Origin: an uncultured Clostridiaceae bacterium
GTDB lineage: Bacteria > Bacillota > Clostridia > TANB77 > CAG-508
DNA: 64,000 bases
Reading direction: 5' to 3'
Assembly: GCA_949927585.1 (NCBI GenBank)
Contig: CATLFA010000003.1
Span: forward strand, 7,998 to 71,997
The first letter of the stretch is position 1, and the number at the start of each line of letters is the position of its first letter. Below, piece after piece: positions 10,421-18,261 of the stretch. The notes under the pieces were generated by a model that saw only the letters and a list, made by a program, of their open reading frames with translations, had not been told where the DNA came from and ran no database searches. Both the position numbers and the translations under genes were made by a program.

Positions 10421-11116
10421 TTATTTCGTGAAAAACTTGATAATTTGTTTATCAATTAAATCAAGTGATATACTAGATATTTTTACATTTCTTCTTACAG
10501 TATCTTTAAAAATTCTTTGTTTACTAATTGTTGTTATTTGATTGATTAACGCAATGCTATCTTTCTTCATTTTAGAAATTTCTTGTTCCATTTTTTCAAT
10601 ATATTTTTGTTCTTTTTCTATTATATTTTGAATGTTAATAGGTACATCTTCTATCTTTTCTAATTCATCTAATATTTGCTGTAACTTTTGTTTTTCTTTT
10701 TCAATTTTATCTTGAAAAACATTATAAAGTTCCTTTCCAAGATTTACAGAGGAAGAGTTATATTTCTTTCCATCTTTTCTTGATGTTAAGGGAATAACAT
10801 TTAAAGCCCCATTTTTTGTATTATCATATTTATTTAAAACAATACAATAGTGTAGACCACCCAATTCATTTCCAATATTGAAACCTAAATTTACTTTAAT
10901 AACATCACCACGAGAATACATTCCAGATTTTGCAATATTAAATGTTCTTTCCTCATCATGATATTCAGCAAAATCATGTATCCAGTAAGCTAATATATCA
11001 CTTTTCTTATATTCATTTAATTCTATATGCTTAAGGAAAGACAAGTCTAATCTATTTAAAGAATTATCTTTATGTATAATAGCATTGTTTTTTAGTTCGA
11101 TTTCGTCTTTGTTCAT
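10421..11116 (-). CDS. PemK/MazF-fold toxin-like protein with an N-terminal extension and an inserted coiled coil (231 aa)
   Basis: MazF-like blocks RGDVIKVNLGFNIGNELGGLHYCIVL, NVIPLTS and ALINQITTISKQRI, separated by a K/E/Q-rich heptad-like segment of about 60 aa. No antitoxin ORF is adjacent. Confidence 0.55.
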   Translation of the reverse strand: MNKDEIELKNNAIIHKDNSLNRLDLSFLKHIELNEYKKSDILAYWIHDFAEYHDEERTFNIAKSGMYSRGDVIKVNLGFNIGNELGGLHYCIVLNKYDNTKNGALNVIPLTSRKDGKKYNSSSVNLGKELYNVFQDKIEKEKQKLQQILDELEKIEDVPINIQNIIEKEQKYIEKMEQEISKMKKDSIALINQITTISKQRIFKDTVRRNVKISSISLDLIDKQIIKFFTK

Positions 11117-11180
11117 AATCTCATCTCCTCGTATTTTTTGATAGTATTATATCAAACATTTGTTTAAAATACAATAGCTA

Positions 11181-11363
11181 TTGAAAAATATTTTGATTAT
11201 GTTATAATGAATATATCAGTTGATTAATCGAATTATTTTTTGAGTAAATTGTGGGAGGAACACTATGAGAAACAGGCGATTTTTTCGCAAATAACCTCCT
11301 AAAACGCTCCATTTGAAAACAACTTACGGACTAATGAAAGTTCGTGAGTTGTTTGTTTTTTTT
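11181..11363 (+). promoter_or_regulatory. Promoter, 9-codon Arg-rich mini-ORF leader and terminator (attenuator-like), copy 1
   Basis: TTGAAA(11181)-N16-TATAAT(11203). GGGAGG RBS, ATG 11265..TAA 11294 (MRNRRFFRK), anti-RBS CCTCC 11295-11299, terminator AACAACTTACG/CGTGAGTTGTT plus T8. A near-identical copy lies at 13854..13990. Confidence 0.45.
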
Positions 11364-11593
11364 AAAGGTTTATAGTTCTCTTTCTAGGAAGGAGGACTTT
11401 TTTGATGTTAGAATTTAAAACTATTGAAACATTAAAGCCAAATACTAAAATCTTGGAGATGATTAAAGGCTATACTTACAAAGTTAAAAAGGTACAATAA
11501 AACATATTCTTCATACTAATTTGCAAGTTATAGAGCCTAATAAATATCTAATTACATATCCTACTACTCTTACAATATTAGAGTATAAAGTTA

Positions 11594-11806
11594 ATGAAAT
11601 ATCTAACAAACTATAAGCGAAAACCTCAAGATATTTTAAGAATAAAAGACTATTGTGAGCCAATTATTGATGAAGCTACTTGGATTGCTACTAGAAATGT
11701 ATTAGTAAAAAATAAGCACTCAAACTATGGAGAGTTTATTCATTTATTTTCAGGATTAGTAAAATGTCCGATATGTGGTGAAATAATTCCCATACCCTTT
11801 AATTAA
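11594..11806 (+). pseudogene. Fragment of a second large serine recombinase (recombinase domain and zinc-ribbon region only)
   Basis: CEPIIDEATWIATRNVLVKNKH...LFSGLVKCPICGEI parallels [19 protein letters not shown]...LKCPKCNKI in the 7560..9353 gene. It lacks the catalytic N-terminus and the C-terminus. Confidence 0.6.
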
Positions 11807-11818
11807 TAGTTAAATTGA

Positions 11819-12634
11819 TTATATTTTTATGTGTTTTTCTATAACATTTAATTTTTCTCCATCAAATTCTACTACAAAATACACACCATCTGGTATATCA
11901 TCATTGTTTATATTTTCAGTCATAGAACCGATGACATAGTATGGAATTTCATCCTCCACAATCTTTTTAGTCCAATGCTGATGTCCAGAAAATACCGCTA
12001 AAATATTTTTATTGATTTTTATAATTTCTTTTAATTCTTTTCGGTTTCCTAATAGAGCATGTTCTGGGCAAGTTTCAAACCACCAGTTACCTTTCATATC
12101 ATCTTCTGCAACTCCAAAATGAGTACAAATAATAGTAGGTAAATTATTTCTTTCTAAATCTTCTTTTAACCACTCTAAATCTTCTTTGGATAGATATTGG
12201 GCCTTAAATATTCCGCCGTATGCTGTTCCTAAATCATTATTTACATATGTTCCAAGAACTACTACATGAAGATCATCTATATTAAATGAAAATGTTGAAT
12301 GTTCATATCCCATTATTTGTTCAACTTCATGTCTAGAAGACATAGAACGCAAATCGTGATTTCCTATACAGGAATAAAAATTAGGTTTTATATCTTTAAG
12401 TTTATCCCAGATATAATTTAAATTAATAATATCTTTATCGTGATCATTAAAATCTTCTACTAAATCACCTAAATTAAGAACCAAATCTGGCTTTATCTCA
12501 TTATTGATTTTATCTATTAATTTTTCTAACAATGGTTCTGCATATTCCATTAGCTTTCTATCTATTATTGAGCCATTATTTATTGGTCTTTCTGGTGCAT
12601 AATGCAAATCAGAAAAAATTACTATTTTATTCAA
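11819..12634 (-). CDS. Calcineurin-like metallophosphoesterase
   Basis: Motifs FSDLHY, GDLVED, GNHD, CTHFG and SGHQH in canonical order. TTG start after a GGGGGA RBS. Confidence 0.8.
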   Translation of the reverse strand: MNKIVIFSDLHYAPERPINNGSIIDRKLMEYAEPLLEKLIDKINNEIKPDLVLNLGDLVEDFNDHDKDIINLNYIWDKLKDIKPNFYSCIGNHDLRSMSSRHEVEQIMGYEHSTFSFNIDDLHVVVLGTYVNNDLGTAYGGIFKAQYLSKEDLEWLKEDLERNNLPTIICTHFGVAEDDMKGNWWFETCPEHALLGNRKELKEIIKINKNILAVFSGHQHWTKKIVEDEIPYYVIGSMTENINNDDIPDGVYFVVEFDGEKLNVIEKHIKI

Positions 12635-12652
12635 TTTTCATTCCCCCATTTT

Positions 12653-12868
12653 TTATAAGCAAGTAGCAGCAAATCGCTCACCAAAATTATTTTTCATAAT
12701 AATTTGTTGTTGAATTTCTGCACTTGTAGTTATTCCATTTCCTTCAGATTTATTCATGTTATCTAGCATTTGCTTATTTCTAATAATAATATTAAAATTT
12801 TTAAATTTTCCATAATTATAACTATTTATACCATCATCTTCATGGTGAATTAAGCCTAGTCTTATCAA
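12653..12868 (-). CDS. Doubtful small ORF or gene remnant between the nuclease-like gene and the phosphoesterase
   Basis: Open frame only, with a TTG start and no RBS. Confidence 0.2.
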   Translation of the reverse strand: MIRLGLIHHEDDGINSYNYGKFKNFNIIIRNKQMLDNMNKSEGNGITTSAEIQQQIIMKNNFGERFAATCL

Positions 12869-12935
12869 GAAACTTTCGAAGCTCTAAGTCATTCAATAAT
12901 AGTCTAGAATCTTAAATGACTCTAGACTAATTTTT

Positions 12936-13784
12936 CTATTCAATAATTTCTCCATTACTATTGTAGTGTATGGTTTGCGTTTTTATTAACTCACCATGTT
13001 GATAGAAGTCTAGTTGTATTTGTCTTTTTTTGACATCCAAGTCATAAAAAATTCCTAAAGAATATCTACATATGTATGGTGGTAATTCATCAAATAATAT
13101 TTCTCCTACATAACTATCACTGGTCATAATTTCGAGTCTTTTTCTATCCTTCAAGCGATCTTTTCTATTTTCTTTTTTCTTCATCTCTATAGCTAAAAGA
13201 TTATCTTGCTCTAAGTTTTCTCCTCTACTATGAATAATTAAATCACAAAAGATATCAAAATATTTCATTTTTTCATTTATAATACATTTAGTAAAATATT
13301 TATTTTTATTATAGTTTATATCAGAATAATAATTGCATATTTTCATTTCTTTTAAAATTTCTTTAAAAGCTTGTGAAAAATCTCCTTGTAAAGTTACTTC
13401 TGATACTCCTAATTCTATATTTCTTATGTTATCTTTTATAAATAATTTATTAGCATTATAAAAAATTTCAATTGCAAGTTTTGCATTTTTATCAGCTTGG
13501 ATTGAATATTTATTAATTTTTTCTTGTAATATAGCTTTATTATCTTTTAATTTCTCTAATCCATTGTTAGATATTTGGTATATTCCTCTATCTATTCTTT
13601 TTATTAAATCTTGTTTAGTTAACCTTGTTAATGCAAAACTTACCCAAACTTTTAAACGTTCGACTGGTATTTTTTCTACTTGATGTCTTCTTTCTAGTTG
13701 CTTCTCTATTTCAGTTCTTCTGTATAATTTTTTGCTTCTCATATAATATAAAATTTCAATTCCTATTTTGCCTATTCTATCCAT
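12936..13784 (-). CDS. Hypothetical protein: N-terminal winged-helix-like region plus a C-terminal PD-(D/E)xK-like nuclease motif
   Basis: Basic N-terminus similar to Mrr-N type wHTH (RLTKQDLIKRIDRGIYQISNNG). C-terminal FCDLIIH-(14)-LLAIEMKK fits D...E-x-K. GAGGAG RBS. The domain calls are inference. Confidence 0.45.
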   Translation of the reverse strand: MDRIGKIGIEILYYMRSKKLYRRTEIEKQLERRHQVEKIPVERLKVWVSFALTRLTKQDLIKRIDRGIYQISNNGLEKLKDNKAILQEKINKYSIQADKNAKLAIEIFYNANKLFIKDNIRNIELGVSEVTLQGDFSQAFKEILKEMKICNYYSDINYNKNKYFTKCIINEKMKYFDIFCDLIIHSRGENLEQDNLLAIEMKKKENRKDRLKDRKRLEIMTSDSYVGEILFDELPPYICRYSLGIFYDLDVKKRQIQLDFYQHGELIKTQTIHYNSNGEIIE

Positions 13785-13853
13785 AATTTCTCCTCTATAT
13801 ATTTAGTCTTCTATTTTATATAATCTTAACATATTTTTTTGCAAAGTACAATA

Positions 13854-13990
13854 TTGAAAAAATATGAAAAAGGGTTATAATGCATATATCAGTTGATTAG
13901 TCAATTATTTTTCCTAAGCAAAATGTGGGAGGAACACTATGAGAAATAGGCATGTTTTTCGCAAATAACCTCCTAAAACGCTCCAAACTT
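13854..13990 (+). promoter_or_regulatory. Promoter plus 9-codon mini-ORF leader, copy 2. No downstream plus-strand gene.
   Basis: TTGAAA(13854)-N16-TATAAT(13876). ATG 13939..TAA 13968 (MRNRHVFRK), CCTCC 13969-13973. Aligns with 11181..11310 with few differences. Confidence 0.45.
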
Positions 13991-14040
13991 GCTTAAATTA
14001 AGAATTAATAGTAAAAAACAATAGTATATATGTGAAGTAA

Positions 14041-14090
14041 TAAAATAAATGTAAACACTTTTTTGTGTCTACATTTATTTTATCACTTCA
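14041..14090. terminator. Long hairpin terminator downstream of the 14119..15678 gene
   Basis: AAATAAATGTAAACAC-TTTTTT-GTGTCTACATTTATTT. Confidence 0.6.
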
Positions 14091-14118
14091 TTAAAAACTC
14101 ACTTTCTTTTTCATATGA

Positions 14119-15678
14119 CTATTTAGAATGTCTTCCTTTTCCACGTTTTCTTTTAGGTTCATCATCATAATCTGCATACAAATCGTCTATTGTTGGTTTT
14201 CCATCTTTTTTTGTTTCTTCTTTTGGTGTTTCTCCAATTTTATTATTTTCTTTTTCTATTAGTTCTTCATCTTCTTTATTATCTAAATTATCATTATATA
14301 CATAATCAATTTCTGCATTACTATTTCCTTTTACATACCTTACAATTAGTATTATAATTGCAACTAATACTACTAGTGCTATTACTGCACATATCAATAT
14401 TGATTTTATATCTAATTCTTGTTTAGCTTCTTCTACTGCTAATTTATTCGCTGTTATTGTATATGTTGCAATTTGCTCTCCATCTGCTGATGTTACTATA
14501 ATCGTTATTATATGCTCTCCTAATTCAGTTAAATTTTCATTTCCAACTATTTCAACTGTTGCACCTTCTTCATTTGCTATTGCTTCTATTTCTAATTGGT
14601 CTAATTCTTTAAATTCTATTTCATAATTAAATTTAGATGGTGAGAAATTCTTTAGTTCTACACCTTTTATAACCAAGCTTGAAAGTCCTAAACCTTCTTT
14701 TTCTTCGTTCGTTATAGTTATTTTATATACTTTTGTTGTTCCATCTTCTGCTGTTACTGTAACCGATATTACATTTTCTCCTATTTTAATTTCTTCATTT
14801 CCTTCTATTTTTACTGTTGATTTGCTATCCTCTGCTTCTGCATTTATTTTTAAACTTTGTTCTTTGTAATTTGTTAATTTTGCTGAATATTCTGTTATAT
14901 TTGCTGAAAATGCTGGTGTTAACTCTACTCCTTCTATACTTAATAGTTTTAAGTTTGTATTGTTTGATTTTTCTTCTGGTTTTGTTTCTGTTATTAAATC
15001 TCTTGAAACATATTTTGTTTGTCCATTATATGTTACTCTATACCATACATATCCATTTACTTTCTGAGTAGATGTTCCTGTTAGTTTTAGTTCTGTTCCT
15101 TTTGATATTTTAGTAGCACTGCTAGAAGTTGACCAACTTGAACGTAGGTTTATATCTCCTGTTGCATATACTGTTTTATTTGCTGATGTAAATTTTGGTT
15201 CTGTAACTGTTGTTGTAGAGCCACCATTGTTACTTCCTGTAGAACCTCCGTTGTTTCCTCCAGTTGAACCTCCAGGATTAGTTTCTGGTTTTGCATTAAC
15301 TGTAACTGTTTTACTAATGTTTATTTCATCAGTTTTTACTGTATTTCCAGATGTATATGAATAATCTCCTGTTAGTGTAAATAAAACTGTACCTTTTGCA
15401 GTTGTTTTATATGTTCCTGTCGCACTTATTGATATTTCTGAACCTTCATTTGTTAAGTTATTTGGATTTGCAATTGTTGTTCCATTTGCTTTTAAAGTTA
15501 AATTCCACTGTTCTGCTTTTCCTACTATTTTTGCTGTTATTGTATCCCCTTCTGTAACTGAACTTGGTACATCTAATGCTACCGTTGCTGCATTAACATT
15601 ACTCCAACTAGCTAATCCTAGTATATATACAAATATCATTAATATACTTACTAGTATTTTTACATTTTTCATCTTCAT
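14119..15678 (-). CDS. Secreted, membrane-anchored surface protein with an SH3b domain and cadherin-like beta-sandwich repeats
   Basis: Signal peptide, GGSTGGNNGGSTGSNNGGSTT linker and an SH3b-like block (GDINLRSSWS...GYVWYRVTYNGQTKYVSRDLI). Two LSIEGVEL/LVIKGVEL...Y(S/E) cadherin-like repeats and a C-terminal TM plus basic tail. Confidence 0.65.
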   Translation of the reverse strand: MKMKNVKILVSILMIFVYILGLASWSNVNAATVALDVPSSVTEGDTITAKIVGKAEQWNLTLKANGTTIANPNNLTNEGSEISISATGTYKTTAKGTVLFTLTGDYSYTSGNTVKTDEINISKTVTVNAKPETNPGGSTGGNNGGSTGSNNGGSTTTVTEPKFTSANKTVYATGDINLRSSWSTSSSATKISKGTELKLTGTSTQKVNGYVWYRVTYNGQTKYVSRDLITETKPEEKSNNTNLKLLSIEGVELTPAFSANITEYSAKLTNYKEQSLKINAEAEDSKSTVKIEGNEEIKIGENVISVTVTAEDGTTKVYKITITNEEKEGLGLSSLVIKGVELKNFSPSKFNYEIEFKELDQLEIEAIANEEGATVEIVGNENLTELGEHIITIIVTSADGEQIATYTITANKLAVEEAKQELDIKSILICAVIALVVLVAIIILIVRYVKGNSNAEIDYVYNDNLDNKEDEELIEKENNKIGETPKEETKKDGKPTIDDLYADYDDEPKRKRGKGRHSK

Positions 15679-15698
15679 CTTAATTTATCCCTTCTTTT

Positions 15699-17642
15699 TT
15701 AAATTGATATATTTTGTGTTCCTAATATTTGTTTTCTTAATATTAATGTATCTCCTGAATTTAGTTTTCCGTCTTTATTTATATCTGCTGCTTTTAATAT
15801 ATATGCATCTGTTAGATTTATTTTACCTAATACTTGTTTAGATAAAGTTAGTGAATCTCCTGAATTTAGTTTTCCATCTCCATTAATATCACCATATTTT
15901 ACAACTGTATATGTTTTATTATCCATTGTGACTGTAAAACCTGTTCCTATTTGACCTGTTGTTACTACTTCTCCATTAGCTTTTTTTATAACTGCATTAG
16001 AATGGTGAGCCTTTATATTTTCTACTGCTGTATATGGTTCACAAACTATATTTGTTCCTTCTATTTTAAATCTATCATTAGTAGATACTACTTCCAAATA
16101 ATTTGATGCCACATATCCTTGTAATCCACTTGAAGTTATTACTCTATCCCAATACAAACCATCCAAATTATATTTATTCTTTTCTATTCTTGTTAATGTC
16201 TGACCTTTATTTAAATATTCTTTTACTGCTGTTCCTGATGTTCCTGGTCCATTTCTCAAACGTACGTCTGAGCCTGTTAGTTTAACTGTTTCATTACAAG
16301 TTACTATATCATTTATTTGCTCTATAAAATCATTTGCTATATAACCTTTTGTTCCATCTGATAATACTATTTTATCCCAATAATATTTATCAATATTTTG
16401 TGTTCCTATTTCTATTCTTAGAAATTTTTCTCCTGAATTTATTTCTCTTAGTATTCTTGAAGATGTACTTGCACTTTCTCTTACTTTTATTCCTGTATGC
16501 CCTGCTTTAATTTGAGCATTTTGTGTGACTATATGTTCTGTTCCTGGCATTGTACATGGTACTGAAGGCATATTTTCAAAAACTGGTATCAAAAACTCTA
16601 TAGTATTATCTATAAATCCAAGGTCAGCATATGTTGATCTCATATTTGTACTTTCACTTTTTGCTGCTTGTAAATTTTGCATATATTGATGATAAAATAA
16701 ACTTCCATTATCATCTACATCAAATTTCTGTAAATATAATGTATCTTGTCCATTATTTATATATCCACTTGCTAATTCTTTTGCTCCTGCTTTTATAGAT
16801 TTTTCTGGGCTTGTCCATCCACTGTCTTTAGCCTTTTTTAATCCATTTCTAACAGTAAGATCTGGATTTCCATTTCCTCCAGTTGCACCTATATTTAAAA
16901 AATTATAATATCCTATGTATTCTGCTGTATATGTACCTGTTGCTGTTCCACTTGGAGATGAGCCTACGCCTTGTTCTTGCTTTATTCTAGAAGCTAAATG
17001 ATATGGGCTAATACCAGCCTCTTTTGCTGCTTCATAAATTATTTGTGCATAGGATTTATTTATTGTTGCTTTTGCCCCAGTTGTTGTAGTATATGTAACT
17101 GTATTTCCTTGCATGTATCCAATTCTTGATGTGATTTTTTGCACTCCATCTACAGTTTGTATTGATTCATTAAATGATAGATTTTCAAATTGAAACATGT
17201 AATCATCATTTATCCAGTTTCTTGGATCCATAAAATATGCAACTATTGCTTCTGATGCACATACCCATGAGCCAGAGTCTTGTGGCTTTGAGCCACATTC
17301 TGGGCAAATCCATGAACTTATACTTTCTTTTGGTACTAAATTTCTAGTATGTGCTCCTGTTGTTTCATTTTGTAATACTGTTTTCCAATCTAAATTAGTA
17401 TAGTGTATTTTAATTTTCCAATTTGGATGCTGTATTTTTATTTTTTCTATTAATTCTTTATATCCTGGATATTTATCAATCTTACTACTGTTATATTCTT
17501 CTCTAGGTTGTTTTGATTCACTAACATGCTTTGCATATGTTACATTTATATTTAAAAAATTTATTATTATATATATTAATAAAGTTAGAATAGTTAGAAT
17601 TGCAATTGTCTTATTGCTCATTATTTTTAATCTATTTTTCAC
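15699..17642 (-). CDS. Peptidoglycan hydrolase (GH73 N-acetylglucosaminidase-like) with SH3b repeats and a C-terminal dockerin-type repeat pair
   Basis: Glucosaminidase block YAQIIYEAAKEAGISPYHLASRIKQEQG...YYNFLNIGA, two SH3b-like segments, and GDINGDGKLNSGDSLTL / ADINKDGKLNSGDTLIL Ca-binding dockerin repeats. Confidence 0.7.
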   Translation of the reverse strand: MKNRLKIMSNKTIAILTILTLLIYIIINFLNINVTYAKHVSESKQPREEYNSSKIDKYPGYKELIEKIKIQHPNWKIKIHYTNLDWKTVLQNETTGAHTRNLVPKESISSWICPECGSKPQDSGSWVCASEAIVAYFMDPRNWINDDYMFQFENLSFNESIQTVDGVQKITSRIGYMQGNTVTYTTTTGAKATINKSYAQIIYEAAKEAGISPYHLASRIKQEQGVGSSPSGTATGTYTAEYIGYYNFLNIGATGGNGNPDLTVRNGLKKAKDSGWTSPEKSIKAGAKELASGYINNGQDTLYLQKFDVDDNGSLFYHQYMQNLQAAKSESTNMRSTYADLGFIDNTIEFLIPVFENMPSVPCTMPGTEHIVTQNAQIKAGHTGIKVRESASTSSRILREINSGEKFLRIEIGTQNIDKYYWDKIVLSDGTKGYIANDFIEQINDIVTCNETVKLTGSDVRLRNGPGTSGTAVKEYLNKGQTLTRIEKNKYNLDGLYWDRVITSSGLQGYVASNYLEVVSTNDRFKIEGTNIVCEPYTAVENIKAHHSNAVIKKANGEVVTTGQIGTGFTVTMDNKTYTVVKYGDINGDGKLNSGDSLTLSKQVLGKINLTDAYILKAADINKDGKLNSGDTLILRKQILGTQNISI

Positions 17643-17770
17643 TTTAATTCCTCCTTAAATTTTGTCATTTTTTTGACAATTTTCTACAATAGAAGTATAT
17701 CATTAAGGAAAAATCAAGTCAATAAATTTGGTTAAACTTACAAAAATGTAATATTTTAGTAATAAAGAAA

Positions 17771-17817
17771 CAACAAGAAACTGGTTTTTTTAATAATAAC
17801 CAGTTTCTTGTTGTATT
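17771..17817. terminator. Hairpin terminator after the Cys/Gly-rich gene
   Basis: ACAACAAGAAACTGGTT ... AACCAGTTTCTTGTTGT. Confidence 0.6.
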
Positions 17818-17820
17818 ATC

Positions 17821-18042
17821 TTAGCAACCTCTGCCACATCCACAGCCAAAGTTTGTAAATAATAGTAAGAATACTATTATGAAGAATAATATTTCAGAAT
17901 CTCCACAACCACAGCCATTTCTTCCAAATAAATTTCCTAAAAATCCATTATTTCCACATCCGCAATTATTACATCCACAATTATTATTGCATCCACATCC
18001 ATCATTGCAGCCACATCCGCAATTTCTTATTTCATCTTGCAT
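17821..18042 (-). CDS. Small Cys/Gly/Asn-rich protein with one hydrophobic segment (73 aa)
   Basis: MQDEIRNCGCGCNDGCGCNNNCGCNNCGCGNNG...ILFFIIVFLLLFTNFGCGCGRGC. GGGAGGG RBS and its own terminator. Confidence 0.5.
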   Translation of the reverse strand: MQDEIRNCGCGCNDGCGCNNNCGCNNCGCGNNGFLGNLFGRNGCGCGDSEILFFIIVFLLLFTNFGCGCGRGC

Positions 18043-18261
18043 GTTTTAGCCCTCCCTTTTTTATTTTCATAGTTTCTCTATGATTATTATATAATATAGT
18101 ATGCATTTTCTGTTTTTTGTGTTACAATTAAGTTAGCTTTTATGAGCAAAGCAAATTAGAGATAACTTATGCAAGTGAGCAAAGCGAACTTGTAAACATT
18201 AGAAAAGCACTCACTCTGGCTTATCTTTAAATAATATAATAAATGAAGGAATTAATTAAAT

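Noticed and set aside
11250-11310. The leader element as a preQ1-type or other known riboswitch (GGGAGG...CCTCC followed by an A-rich tail).
   Set aside because: The loop is far too long and contains a conserved RBS-ATG-stop mini-ORF. It matches no riboswitch consensus that I know.
13975-14045. A direct repeat of the tRNA-Thr 3' end (GCTCCATTAAG...) as the right att site of the island.
   Set aside because: Only a 6-nt GCTCCA match plus loose similarity was found, which is not convincing. The island borders remain undefined.
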